The notes beneath the pieces were generated by a model, which saw nothing but the letters and a program-made list of their open reading frames with translations, was not told the DNA's origin and did no database searches. Source: an uncultured delta proteobacterium (GTDB lineage Bacteria > Desulfobacterota > Binatia > UBA9968). Taken from it: DNA of 64,000 nucleotides. The stretch is from contig CAWFJP010000015.1 in NCBI GenBank assembly GCA_963816145.1, forward strand, positions 64,001 to 128,000, given 5' to 3'. Position numbers and translations under genes: made by a program. Of this stretch, positions 29,809 through 39,513 are shown one piece after another (position 1 is the first letter of the stretch; the number at the start of each line of letters is the position of its first letter).

Positions 29809-31140
29809 ATGGACGTAAAACTTCCCCAACTCGCCGAAGGTGTAGAGGGCGGCACGGTGGTCAGCATCTTGGTCGCTGAGGGCCAGATGATCGACAAGGA
29901 CCAGGCGTTCATGGAACTGGAAACCCAGAAGGCCGTGGGTTCGATTCCGGCGCCCAGCGCCGGGGTGGTCACCAAGATTCATGTCAAGCAAGGCATGGAA
30001 GTTAACGTCGGCCAGACGCTCATCTCGATTGAAACGGCGGCCGCCAAATCACCCACCCCTTCAACCGTCACCCAAACCAATCCAAGCGTACCCGCAAGCG
30101 CTACCCCACCGCCGCCAGTAACTAGCGAAGCGCCGGCAAATATTGTCCATGCCGCCCCGGCCGCTGTGGCGGGCGACTACCGCTATGAATCGAAGAGCGG
30201 AATGGCGCCTCCGGCATCACCGGCGATCCGTAAGATCGCTCGTGAGCTCGACATCGACTTGACCCGGGTTCGCGGCAGCGAAGCCGGCGGGCGGATCAAT
30301 TTGGCCGATCTCAAAACCTACGTTCAAAAACTTCAACAGCTAGCCTTTGAAGGCGCCGCCGCTACGCCGGCTCCGGTCGCCGCGCCAACGCCGCCCGCCC
30401 CAGCTCCAGCGGAAGCCATCGATTTCGCCAAGTGGGGCCCGATCCGCCGCGAGAAAATGTCACCGCTACGCCGCACCGTAAGCCGGCGCATGGTCGAGTC
30501 CTGGACATCAATTCCAAAGATCAATCAATTCGCCGACGCCGATATCAGCGCGCTTCTCGCTTTGCGCAAAAAATACGCGCCCAGCTACGAGAAAAAAGGC
30601 GCGCATTTGACCTTGACTTCATTCGTGCTGTTCATCCTCGGGCGCGCGCTCAAGAAGCATCCACGCGCCAACGCGAGCCTGGACGATGGATCCCTGGAGA
30701 TCGTCTACAAAGATTACTGCCACATCGGTGTGGCAGTCGACACCGAGGGCGGATTGATTGTGCCGGTGCTGCGCGATGTCGACAAAAAAAACCTGCTGCA
30801 ACTCTCTTCCGACTTGCACGCGCTAACAGAGAAAACCCGGCAGCGCAAGGTTTCCATCGAAGAGCTGCAAGGCGGTAGCTTCACCATTTCCAATCAAGGC
30901 AGCATCGGCGGCAGCCACTTCACGCCGATCATTTACGCACCCCAGGTAGCGATCCTCGGTATCGGCCAAGGCCAAGCCAAACCGGTGGCCATCGACGGCA
31001 AGATCGCCATCCGCACGATCCTGCCGCTTTGCTTGGCCTATGATCATCGCGTGCTCGACGGCGCCGACGCCGTGCGTTTTCTCAAAGGCATCATCGCCGG
31101 CCTGGAGTCCTTTGACGAAGCCGACATCAAACTGAAATAG
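29809..31140 (+). CDS. aceF: Dihydrolipoamide acetyltransferase E2 (single lipoyl domain)
   Basis: Lipoyl domain ETQKA, PA-rich linkers, ASPAIRKIARELDIDL E3-binding domain, DHRVLDGA. Confidence 0.93.
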   Translation: MDVKLPQLAEGVEGGTVVSILVAEGQMIDKDQAFMELETQKAVGSIPAPSAGVVTKIHVKQGMEVNVGQTLISIETAAAKSPTPSTVTQTNPSVPASATPPPPVTSEAPANIVHAAPAAVAGDYRYESKSGMAPPASPAIRKIARELDIDLTRVRGSEAGGRINLADLKTYVQKLQQLAFEGAAATPAPVAAPTPPAPAPAEAIDFAKWGPIRREKMSPLRRTVSRRMVESWTSIPKINQFADADISALLALRKKYAPSYEKKGAHLTLTSFVLFILGRALKKHPRANASLDDGSLEIVYKDYCHIGVAVDTEGGLIVPVLRDVDKKNLLQLSSDLHALTEKTRQRKVSIEELQGGSFTISNQGSIGGSHFTPIIYAPQVAILGIGQGQAKPVAIDGKIAIRTILPLCLAYDHRVLDGADAVRFLKGIIAGLESFDEADIKLK

Positions 31141-31151
31141 ATCGACGCACT

Positions 31152-32570
31152 ATGGAACCGATTACGACAGAAATTTTGGTACTGGGCGCCGGCCCCGGCG
31201 GCTACGCCGCAGCGTTTTACGCAGCGGACAAAGGCAAAAAAGTTACGCTTGTCGAACAGAACCCCCGTCTCGGCGGAATTTGCTTAAACGTCGGCTGCAT
31301 CCCGTCGAAGGCTTTGCTCCACGCCACCGAAATCTTGCGCGAGATGAAAGAATCGGCCGCTCGCGGCATCGCTTTAGGCGAGGCAGAGATAAATCTCGAT
31401 AAACTGCGCGATTGGAAAAACAGCATTCTCGACAAGCTCGGCCAAGGCATCAAAACCCTCGCCGAGCATCGCAAAGTTCAGGTCATCCATGGCCGCGGAC
31501 ACTTTGAGGACTCCCAGACGCTGCGGGTGGAAACCGCCGAAGGACAAAAATTTATCCGCTATGAAAAAGCGATCATCGCCGTCGGCTCCAAACCGGCCTT
31601 GCCCAACGCGTTCGATCTGGGGAATCCGCGGGTCATGACCTCGACCGGCGCCTTGGAGATTCCTGATATTCCGGAAAAGCTTCTGGTCGTCGGCGGCGGT
31701 TATATCGGCATGGAGCTCGGCACGGTCTATGCCGCTCTCGGCAGCAACGTCGTGGTCCTGGAGGCCTTGCCGTCAATTCTTGCAGGAGTCGATGCCGATC
31801 TTGCCCGGCCCGTGATTCGCGCGGCGCAGAAGGCCTTCAAAGAAATTCGCCTTAACACCAAAGTCTTGAAGATGGCCACCGCCGGCAAACAGATCAAAGT
31901 CACCATCGAAATCGACAAGCAACCGCGCGATGAACTGTACGATCGCGTGCTGGTGAGCGTCGGCCGCACGCCCAATCTTGCCGACCTCGGCCTGGCAAAT
32001 ACCAAGGTGACGAAAGACGATAAAGGATTCATTCACTGCAACGCCCAGCAGCAGACCGAAGATCCCAATATCTACGCCATCGGCGACGTCAATGGCGGCG
32101 CGCTGTTGGCGCACCGCGCGACCCGAGAGGGCAAGATCGCCGTCGAAGCGATGCTCGGTGAACCAAGCGCCTTCGAAAACATCGTCGTCCCCGCAGTCGT
32201 GTACACCGATCCCGAGGTGGCCTGGTGTGGTCTCACCGAAGCCGAAGCCAAGCAGAAGAGCATCGACATCAAAGTCGCCAAGTTTTTGTGGGGCGCCTCG
32301 GGGAGAGCCCTGACGCTCGACCGACCCGATGGTTTGACCAAACTGATCATCGAGCCCGAGACCGAACGGATTCTCGGCGTCGGTGTCGTCGGCGCGGGAG
32401 CCGGCGAACTCATCAGCGAAGGCGTCCTTGCGGTCGAAATGGGCGCCACCGCACGCGACATCGCCGATTCGATCCATCCGCATCCGACGCTCTCGGAGAC
32501 ATTCATGGAAGCGGCGGAGTCTTTTTACGGCACGGCGACCCATACCCTCTCCCGGCGCAGCGCGTTATGA
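31152..32570 (+). CDS. lpdA: Dihydrolipoamide dehydrogenase E3
   Basis: GAGPGGY, GGICLNVGCIPSK, GGGYIGME, HPHPTLSE. Confidence 0.97.
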   Translation: MEPITTEILVLGAGPGGYAAAFYAADKGKKVTLVEQNPRLGGICLNVGCIPSKALLHATEILREMKESAARGIALGEAEINLDKLRDWKNSILDKLGQGIKTLAEHRKVQVIHGRGHFEDSQTLRVETAEGQKFIRYEKAIIAVGSKPALPNAFDLGNPRVMTSTGALEIPDIPEKLLVVGGGYIGMELGTVYAALGSNVVVLEALPSILAGVDADLARPVIRAAQKAFKEIRLNTKVLKMATAGKQIKVTIEIDKQPRDELYDRVLVSVGRTPNLADLGLANTKVTKDDKGFIHCNAQQQTEDPNIYAIGDVNGGALLAHRATREGKIAVEAMLGEPSAFENIVVPAVVYTDPEVAWCGLTEAEAKQKSIDIKVAKFLWGASGRALTLDRPDGLTKLIIEPETERILGVGVVGAGAGELISEGVLAVEMGATARDIADSIHPHPTLSETFMEAAESFYGTATHTLSRRSAL

Positions 32571-33451
32571 CCGATCAACCTCCGCGGCTCTTTCTGATCG
32601 ACGGCAGCGCCTATATCTTTCGCGCCTTTTTCGCCATCCCACCGCTTAGCAATGCCGCCGGTCTGCCGACCAACGCAATCTTCGGTTTTACCAATATCCT
32701 GCTCAAGTTCTTGAAGCAGTATCAGCCCCACTACGTCGCGGTGGCGTTGGACGCCGGGCGGGTGACGTTTCGCAATGAAATGTTCGCCGACTACAAAGGC
32801 AACCGCCCCGAAGCACCGGCCGATTTGATTCCGCAGTTTCCCTACTTCCGCAAGGTCCTCGACGCGCTTAATTTGCCGCTGCTCGAGCTCCCCGGTTACG
32901 AGGCCGACGATATCATCGCCACCTTATGCGAACGGCTGGCCAATCAAGGCTGCGAACTCGTCGTCGTTTCAAGTGACAAAGATCTTATGCAATTGGCCAC
33001 CAACGGCATCAAATTATTGGACAGCGCGAAAGATCGCTGGATCGGCAAGGATGAAGTGCGGGAAAAATTCGGGGTCAGCCCGGAACAAGTGATCGAAGTC
33101 ATGGGTCTGATGGGCGACGCGGTCGATAATATTCCCGGGGTCAAAGGCATCGGCGAAAAGACCGCCGGCGCACTGATACAGCAGTTTCAAACCCTTGAGA
33201 ACTTGTTCGAACATTTGGACGACGTGGAAAAGATGAAAATGCGCGGCGCCAAACGTATCCGGCAGATTCTTGAAGACGGCAAGGGCAAGGCTTTTTTGAG
33301 CCGGGATCTCGCCACCGTGAAGCGCGATGTGCCTATAGAGATCGCTTTGCCGGAGCTTCGATTTACCGGTTTCAATTTGGAAAAAATCCGCACCCTGTTT
33401 ACCGAATTGGAATTTACCAACCTGATCAAGCTCATTGAAAACAACCGTTAA
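32567..33451 (+). CDS. Stand-alone 5'-3' exonuclease/flap endonuclease (PolA N-terminal-like)
   Basis: LIDGS, PTNAIFGF, YKGNR, EADDII, SDKDLMQL, GDAVDNIPGVKGIGEKTA; ATG overlaps lpdA stop (ATGA). Confidence 0.9.
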   Translation: MTDQPPRLFLIDGSAYIFRAFFAIPPLSNAAGLPTNAIFGFTNILLKFLKQYQPHYVAVALDAGRVTFRNEMFADYKGNRPEAPADLIPQFPYFRKVLDALNLPLLELPGYEADDIIATLCERLANQGCELVVVSSDKDLMQLATNGIKLLDSAKDRWIGKDEVREKFGVSPEQVIEVMGLMGDAVDNIPGVKGIGEKTAGALIQQFQTLENLFEHLDDVEKMKMRGAKRIRQILEDGKGKAFLSRDLATVKRDVPIEIALPELRFTGFNLEKIRTLFTELEFTNLIKLIENNR

Positions 33452-33592
33452 CTCCGCCGCTTCGAGCGGTAAAATCCGCTGTTATCGGCGTGGCTTTGAA
33501 CCCTGAACTATGGCAGATTGAATCAGTCAGGGCAGAAGCCCCTGCGGAGTTTAGCTTGAATCTATCCCCGCCGATCATGCGAGGAGCCTACT

Positions 33593-34747
33593 GTGATTAA
33601 CCGAGAACGGCTAAAAAATTTCCTCATCGAACTGATCAAGATCGACAGTCTATCGCGAAGCGAATACGACGTCGCCATGCGATTGAAAAGCGAGCTGGAA
33701 GAACTCGGCGCCGAGCTAACGATCGATAACGCCGGCGAAATGGTCGGCGGCAATGTCGGTAATTTGATCGCGAAATTTGCCGGCACCGTCCCTGGGAGCC
33801 AACCGCTGCTGCTTTCCGCCCATATGGACACGGTGGTACCCGGTGAAGGCATCGTGCCGATCCTCGACGGCGATATCCTGCGCACCGACGGCACCACCGT
33901 GCTCGGCGGCGACGACAAGAGCGGCGTGGTGATCATTTGCGAAGTTTTGCGGGTCATCAAAGAAAACGCCATCCCCTGCTCCGCCATCGACGTCGTCTTC
34001 ACGATCTGCGAAGAGGCCGGGCTCATCGGCGCCAAATGTCTTGACGTCACCAGTCTGCGCGCACGCACCGGCCTAGTGCTCGACAGTGACTCGGTGGGCT
34101 TCTTGTTTACTAGAGCACCGGCCGCAAACCGCATGGAGTTTCGCGTCCACGGCTTGGAAGCCCATGCCGGGGTCTGCCCCGAAAAAGGCATCAACGCGAT
34201 CAAAGTCGCCGCCGAGGGCATCGCGCAAATGAACCTCGGTCGCATCGACCACGAGACCACGGCCAATATCGGCGTGATCGAAGGCGGCATGGCGGTCAAT
34301 ATCGTGCCCAATCAAGTCGTCCTCAAGGGCGAGGCGCGCAGCCATGATCCCGATAAACTCAAACGGCAGACGGAACATATGCAGCGCTGCCTCGAAGAAG
34401 CCGCGGCTAAACATGCGCTTGAGTTCGACGGCAAGCAACACCGAGCGCGAGTCGAAGCCAAGATCGAACGCGATTACGACCGCATGGACGTGCCGGAAAG
34501 CGCGCCCATCGTCCAGTTGGTGCACGCCGCCGCGAGGAATTTGAATCTCGAAGTCAAAACCCGCGCCACCGGCGGCGGTTGCGACGCTAACGTGCTCAAT
34601 CAAAAAGGGCTGGTGGTCGCCAATCTCGGCACCGGCATGCGTGAAATTCATACGGTCAACGAATGGCTCGATCTGAAGGATCTCTATCTATCGGCGCAGA
34701 TGGTTTTGGAAATTGTCAAACTGAACGCTGAAACCAACTTTGGTTAG
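33593..34747 (+). CDS. M20 family peptidase (peptidase T-like)
   Basis: SAHMDTV, GGDDKSG, CEEAGL, AHAG, GGGCDAN, IHT..E. Confidence 0.9.
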   Translation: MINRERLKNFLIELIKIDSLSRSEYDVAMRLKSELEELGAELTIDNAGEMVGGNVGNLIAKFAGTVPGSQPLLLSAHMDTVVPGEGIVPILDGDILRTDGTTVLGGDDKSGVVIICEVLRVIKENAIPCSAIDVVFTICEEAGLIGAKCLDVTSLRARTGLVLDSDSVGFLFTRAPAANRMEFRVHGLEAHAGVCPEKGINAIKVAAEGIAQMNLGRIDHETTANIGVIEGGMAVNIVPNQVVLKGEARSHDPDKLKRQTEHMQRCLEEAAAKHALEFDGKQHRARVEAKIERDYDRMDVPESAPIVQLVHAAARNLNLEVKTRATGGGCDANVLNQKGLVVANLGTGMREIHTVNEWLDLKDLYLSAQMVLEIVKLNAETNFG

Positions 34748-34813
34748 GGGTGAAGGGTAAAGGGTTAGGCGTTGGTCCCCCCTCCCCTTGCCCCTCAACC
34801 TTTACCCCTTACC
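34745..34813. repeat. Palindromic 7-bp-period intergenic repeat
   Basis: AGGGGTG AAGGGTA AAGGGTT ... CCCCTTG CCCCTCA ACCTTTA CCCCTTA. Confidence 0.65.
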
Positions 34814-34824
34814 GATATAAAAAC

Positions 34825-36270
34825 ATGCAAGCTGACGAAATCGGACTCTTACTCAAACAAGACCGCGGTCAATTCCTCGAATTCATCAGCGCCTTCGAGT
34901 ATCGCCGCAGCACGGGCCAGAAAAAACGCGAGGAGGAGCTTGCGCGGGAACTGGTACGTGTCCTGTCCGGCATGGCCAATGCCGACGGCGGCACAGTTTT
35001 AGTCGGCGTCGAACCCGACAAGAGCGTAACCGGCATTCCGCACACGGGTGATGAGTTACAGACGTTGACCCAAGCGCCGCAGAACCTGCTGCGCCCGCAG
35101 CTCTCTCCTGCCTGCGAAAAGATTCGCCTCGGCAATCTCCAACTGCTCAAGTTCGAAGTCGCTTCCAGCATGGACATTCACCGCATCGCCGGCGGCCGTT
35201 CGTTTTATCGCATCGCCGCCGAAACGCCGGCCCTGCCCAGCGAGCAAATCCACTCGCTCAAAGAAGCCAAACGCAATGTCTTTTATGAGCGCCAGCAAAC
35301 GCTCAACGCCACTTGGTACGACCTCGACATCGATCTGCTGACCCAGTTCGTCAACAAACTTCATCCTGGCCAAGATCCGCAAACGGTCCTGAGCCAAACC
35401 TATCATCTGCTCGATAACTCCCGCGCCATCCCCTGTCCCAATATGGCGGCGCTATTGCTCTTTGCCAAAGATCCAACGCGTTGGCATCCGCGCGCCGGCA
35501 TAGATTTCGTCAAGTACGAGGGCAACGAACGGCAGCACGGCGCGTCGCTCAACGTCGTCAAACGGATCCGCTTCGAAGCGCCGCTGGTGCGCTTGATCGA
35601 CGAGGCGGTGGGCCGGATCAAAGAACAAATTCGCGAGCGTACGATCTTGCACGACCTATTTTTCCGCGAGCGCTTGGAGTACCCGACCTTTGCCTGGCAG
35701 GAGGCACTGGTCAACGCCGTCGCCCACCGCGATTATTCCCTCGCCGGCGCTCCGGTGGAAGTGTGGATGTTCGACGATCATATCAGCGTGCGCAGTCCCG
35801 GTTTGCCGCCGCCGCCGGTCACTCTCGAACACTTGCGTCAGCAGAAAAGCATCCACTTCTCGCGCAATCCCTTGATTGTTCGGGTTCTCGCCGATCTGGG
35901 ATTTCTCCGCGAGATGGGCGAAGGCGTGCCGCGCATTTATCAAGAAATGGAAACCTACGGCCTCCATCCGCCCGAGCTTTCCGCCGAAGGCTTCATTTTC
36001 ACCGTGACCTTGCGCAACGCGCCGGTGTACGACGAGGCGACGCTGCGCTGGCTCAGCCAGTTCGCCAACAATCAAGTGAACATGCGCCAACGTCGGCTTT
36101 TGGCCTACGCCTACTGCCATGGCAAGACGTTCTCGACCACCGAGTATGAACGAATCGCCGAGGTCGACCGCGATACCGCCTATCGGGACATTCGGCTGAT
36201 GGTGAAAAGCGGCATCGTCGCGCCGCTGAAGCCGAAAAGCCGCAGCTACCGCATCGTCGAAAAACTCTAA
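34825..36270 (+). CDS. Schlafen/AlbA_2 + RecG-C-like ATP-binding + wHTH protein
   Basis: MANADGGTVLVGV, EALVNAVAHRDY, SPG, SRNPLI, REMGEGV, C-terminal TAYRDI HTH; start MQADE. Confidence 0.85.
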   Translation: MQADEIGLLLKQDRGQFLEFISAFEYRRSTGQKKREEELARELVRVLSGMANADGGTVLVGVEPDKSVTGIPHTGDELQTLTQAPQNLLRPQLSPACEKIRLGNLQLLKFEVASSMDIHRIAGGRSFYRIAAETPALPSEQIHSLKEAKRNVFYERQQTLNATWYDLDIDLLTQFVNKLHPGQDPQTVLSQTYHLLDNSRAIPCPNMAALLLFAKDPTRWHPRAGIDFVKYEGNERQHGASLNVVKRIRFEAPLVRLIDEAVGRIKEQIRERTILHDLFFRERLEYPTFAWQEALVNAVAHRDYSLAGAPVEVWMFDDHISVRSPGLPPPPVTLEHLRQQKSIHFSRNPLIVRVLADLGFLREMGEGVPRIYQEMETYGLHPPELSAEGFIFTVTLRNAPVYDEATLRWLSQFANNQVNMRQRRLLAYAYCHGKTFSTTEYERIAEVDRDTAYRDIRLMVKSGIVAPLKPKSRSYRIVEKL

Positions 36271-36282
36271 CCTGGAACGCTC

Positions 36283-37272
36283 ATGGATTTTACCGAATTG
36301 ATGGGTCTCGCCAGCGGCCATGTCGAGGCGCGCATCGTTCAGACCGCCGTCGAACTCAAAATTTTCGACGCTATCGAAGCGCGACCACTTTCATCGGCCG
36401 CCGCTGGCGCATCACTTCAACTCAAGGAGCAGGCTTTAGAACTGCTGCTCAACGCGCTCACCGCCCTCGGTCTGCTCGAAAAACATGGCGATCAATTCAC
36501 TCTCACGGAACTGTCGCGCCGTTATCTGGTGCGCAATTCGCCGTACTATGTCGGCGGCATGATCGGCTTTGACGCCATGCTGTGGCGCGCCTGGGAAAAG
36601 CTTCCCGAAGCGATTCGCACGGGTTTGCCGACGCGCCCGCCCAATATGTATCAAGCCGATCCGCGGGAAACCGAAGTCTTCGTCAACGCCATGGATTCAC
36701 TGGTCAAAGCGCGCGGCGACACGGAAGTGCTGGCTAGCGCCATCAATTGGTCGAAGATCGGCACGCTCCTCGATGTCGGCTCCGGTCCCGCCACCTACCC
36801 GATTGCGCTGTGCGAACGATTTCCCCACTTACGCGCTGCCATCGTCGATCTGCCAGGGACTTTGAAAATAACCGGACGGTTTGTCGCGAGCGCCAATCTC
36901 GCCGCGCGTATCGAACTGATCCCGGCGGACTACCGCAGCGATCCGATCCCCGGCACCTATGACGCGATCTTTTTATCGAACATTATTCACGGCGAAAATG
37001 ATGGCCGCAACGCCGCGCTGATGCGCAAGCTCATGGCTAATCTAAATCCCCGCGGACGCTTGATCGTCAAAGACCATATTCTTGACGACAGCCGCGCCGA
37101 GCCGGCGGCGGGCGCGATCTTCAGTCTGCTCATGCTGCTCACCACCGACGGCGGCCGCTGTTATAGTTTCGCCGAGATCGCAGCTTGGATGAAACAGGCA
37201 GGACTCAGCCGCGTTGAGCGCATCGACCTGCCGGCGCCGCTGACCTCGTCTCTCGTCATCGCTTCCGAGTAG
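36283..37272 (+). CDS. SAM-dependent O-methyltransferase (family 2, dimerisation domain)
   Basis: AVELKIFD, LLNALTALGLL, LDVGSGP, VDLP, SNIIH, LNPRGRLIV. Confidence 0.9.
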   Translation: MDFTELMGLASGHVEARIVQTAVELKIFDAIEARPLSSAAAGASLQLKEQALELLLNALTALGLLEKHGDQFTLTELSRRYLVRNSPYYVGGMIGFDAMLWRAWEKLPEAIRTGLPTRPPNMYQADPRETEVFVNAMDSLVKARGDTEVLASAINWSKIGTLLDVGSGPATYPIALCERFPHLRAAIVDLPGTLKITGRFVASANLAARIELIPADYRSDPIPGTYDAIFLSNIIHGENDGRNAALMRKLMANLNPRGRLIVKDHILDDSRAEPAAGAIFSLLMLLTTDGGRCYSFAEIAAWMKQAGLSRVERIDLPAPLTSSLVIASE

Positions 37273-37336
37273 TTAGTTTCGCAGGGATATGTGTTAAACT
37301 GGCAGTTATCGAACAGCAAAGGCAAGGTATCTCGCC

Positions 37337-37636
37337 ATCGACGAGCAAGAACAAAAAGCCAGGCAGCAAGCGGTCATCGACAACCTCAAACCGGCCTGTA
37401 TCTGTAACAAAATTCGCAGAGGCACCGTCGCCAAAGCTATTCAATCCGGCGCCAAAACCTTCGAACAGATCAGTAAGCGCACTGGCGTCGGCACCGGGCC
37501 CTGTGGCGGTCGGCGTTGCGGGTCGTTGGTCCGCGGCATGTTGGGCGAGCCGGTCACCACTTGCAACGATTGCGGCTGGCCGGTATTAGTCGGCGCCGCC
37601 TGCCCGCGCTGCGAGTACGCCAAACAAGAGAGCTAA
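37337..37636 (+). CDS. Unannotated BFD-like [2Fe-2S] domain + C-terminal zinc ribbon protein; no canonical start
   Basis: Manual translation IDEQEQKARQQAVIDNLKPACICNKIRRGTVAKAIQSGAKTFEQISKRTGVGTGPCGGRRCGSLVRGMLGEPVTTCNDCGWPVLVGAACPRCEYAKQES*; in-frame stop at 37295 upstream. Confidence 0.8.
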   Translation: MDEQEQKARQQAVIDNLKPACICNKIRRGTVAKAIQSGAKTFEQISKRTGVGTGPCGGRRCGSLVRGMLGEPVTTCNDCGWPVLVGAACPRCEYAKQES

Positions 37637-37705
37637 AGAGACTCCTCTTTCCGACAATTTCATCGTCTAGCGTGTTTAACTATTTATCCGATCATCCTGG
37701 GTTGG

Positions 37706-38146
37706 TTATTTCTTCAGGCTGGCAGCCTTGCGCATGAAACGCTTGCGCTGGCTGAGGCACGCCTTCTTTTTGTCCTCGTTAGCATCTTCGGTACGGCAAC
37801 CCTGGCAAGCCGGGCAGATCCAGCCGCCGCAGGTGCACCGACCACCGGGTTTTCCGGCCAAGCCCGGCTTGGTGTTAAAACTCTTCTGACAGCGAACACA
37901 GACAATGGCCGAAGAGGCATCGAGGATCTCCAGATCCTCGGCGGGTGCAATGCATCGCGAGGATTCGCCGTTGATGACGACGCGATACTGAAAGGCTTCC
38001 TTCGACATCGGCGCATCCATTAGCATCCCGCCACGAGTAAAGCACGCTTTGATCGCTGTCGTTCCTTCAATCTTGCCCTCGTATCCCTTATTCTTATGGC
38101 GCACCACCGTACCGTCGCGCAGATTGATCTCATGCTTATCTTCCAT
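37706..38146 (-). CDS. Hypothetical protein: SH3/HspQ-like N-terminus + Cys-rich C-terminus
   Basis: GTVVRHKNKGYEGKI; CVRC..CTC..CPACQGC; GAGG RBS. Confidence 0.7.
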   Translation of the reverse strand: MEDKHEINLRDGTVVRHKNKGYEGKIEGTTAIKACFTRGGMLMDAPMSKEAFQYRVVINGESSRCIAPAEDLEILDASSAIVCVRCQKSFNTKPGLAGKPGGRCTCGGWICPACQGCRTEDANEDKKKACLSQRKRFMRKAASLKK

Positions 38147-38263
38147 AGTTACCTCAGATACCTCTTTCCAAATATAGCACTTCAGCCCATCGAACGATGG
38201 GAGTCATTTTCATAGCAAAATCTAACCCTTGCCGACCGATTGCTCTGCCCGGCCTATTTCAGC

Positions 38264-38569
38264 TCACGAGGAATAAATATGCACCTCGTTCTCCTCGATG
38301 CGTCTGCCACGGGCAATTAACTTGACGATACTGCAAATATTGCGGCTCACATCCGTGATCCCAGCGGCGGGGTAGCCGCTTTTGATATAGCGGCCGATGA
38401 ATTTGTCTTCGCCCATGTCGATGATCTGAAGATACTCTTTGTTCTCGCTACCCTCGAAGTAATGTTTCGTTCCCGGTGCCGGGCTGTCGAGGTCGTTCTG
38501 CAATGCTCTGGATATCTTGATCCCCACGAACAATGACTTAGCGTCATCAACCATCTGCGCTCCCTTCAC
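38264..38569 (-). CDS. Hypothetical protein
   Basis: ~100-aa ORF, plausible composition, GGGAG before the internal ATG (true start may be MVDDAK). Confidence 0.7.
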   Translation of the reverse strand: MKGAQMVDDAKSLFVGIKISRALQNDLDSPAPGTKHYFEGSENKEYLQIIDMGEDKFIGRYIKSGYPAAGITDVSRNICSIVKLIARGRRIEENEVHIYSS

Positions 38570-38640
38570 ACTTCACGCGCTCCCAGCGGCACCAGAGCTA
38601 GGCAGCCCGCAGCCACCAATCGAAAAGCGCCCATCGTTGC

Positions 38641-38667
38641 GCCGACGCGGTTCGCGACCGCGTCGGC
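38641..38667. other. Perfect 11-bp intergenic hairpin without U-tract
   Basis: GCCGACGCGGT-TCGCG-ACCGCGTCGGC just past the stop of 38681..39223. Confidence 0.5.
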
Positions 38668-38680
38668 GCACTCGCCTCGC

Positions 38681-39223
38681 TTAGTTCGTAATTTTCAACG
38701 CGACGCCTAGAGGCAAAGCGCTATCGCCGACGCTCATGGCCGTGGTCAATTTTTCCAATTCCCAAGAAGATACCTTCTCCGTCGAGACCGCGTCCTTAGC
38801 CGTGGCATCGGTCTTTTGATTAGCCGCAGGCGATTTTATGATGTACTTGACGTTGCTGCCGTCGATCAGGGTCACCGAAAGCACCAAATCCTTCACCTCT
38901 TGGGCGCCGAGCGTCTGCAACGAAGAGATGCGATTGAGCGCCACGGTCTTATCGACAGTGTAGTTATACAGCCAGATAAACGAGCCGGTGGTAGCGATCA
39001 GCAGCAACCAAGCGTACTGGCCGACCCGCTGCTGCCGCTTTGTGACACTGGAACGCTGGCGGTCAAAAAACTGGCGAAAGGTGTCTCGTTCGATGGTCAA
39101 GCGTTTGGTCGGATCCTGTTCGGCGGAACTGGGTGGTTGATCGAACGATAAACCGATGCTGTTGAGTACCATGCCGATAACAATTAAAACCAGGGGCACA
39201 AGCACGATAACGATAGGATGCAT
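38681..39223 (-). CDS. Hypothetical membrane protein
   Basis: Two hydrophobic segments; GGAGGGAG RBS. Confidence 0.7.
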   Translation of the reverse strand: MHPIVIVLVPLVLIVIGMVLNSIGLSFDQPPSSAEQDPTKRLTIERDTFRQFFDRQRSSVTKRQQRVGQYAWLLLIATTGSFIWLYNYTVDKTVALNRISSLQTLGAQEVKDLVLSVTLIDGSNVKYIIKSPAANQKTDATAKDAVSTEKVSSWELEKLTTAMSVGDSALPLGVALKITN

Positions 39224-39513
39224 AGGTCTCCCTCCGAATGCGGATGCTAAAAGTCCGCCGATATAGGAAGAGGGAGGAGTTGCAAAACCGGGGAAGTCTT
39301 ACGGCGAAGTGTCGACTTCGCCCGTCATGTCGTAGGAGTGATTGTCCCCAGTCTTCGACCTCTTGCGCGCCATTAGGATCGAGACATGACTACTAGTGCA
39401 TACTCTATAGGAACGCCTGGCACGTAGCAATCCTCGGTCCAACCGGCCTCGTGCTGCATTTGGGCAATGTCGCGATTGCAATCGCGCGTGCACAAGTCTA
39501 TACAAATTGCGCC

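Noticed and set aside
33452-33592. Frameshifted continuation of polA
   Set aside because: Only ~140 nt before the next gene and no proofreading or polymerase motifs.
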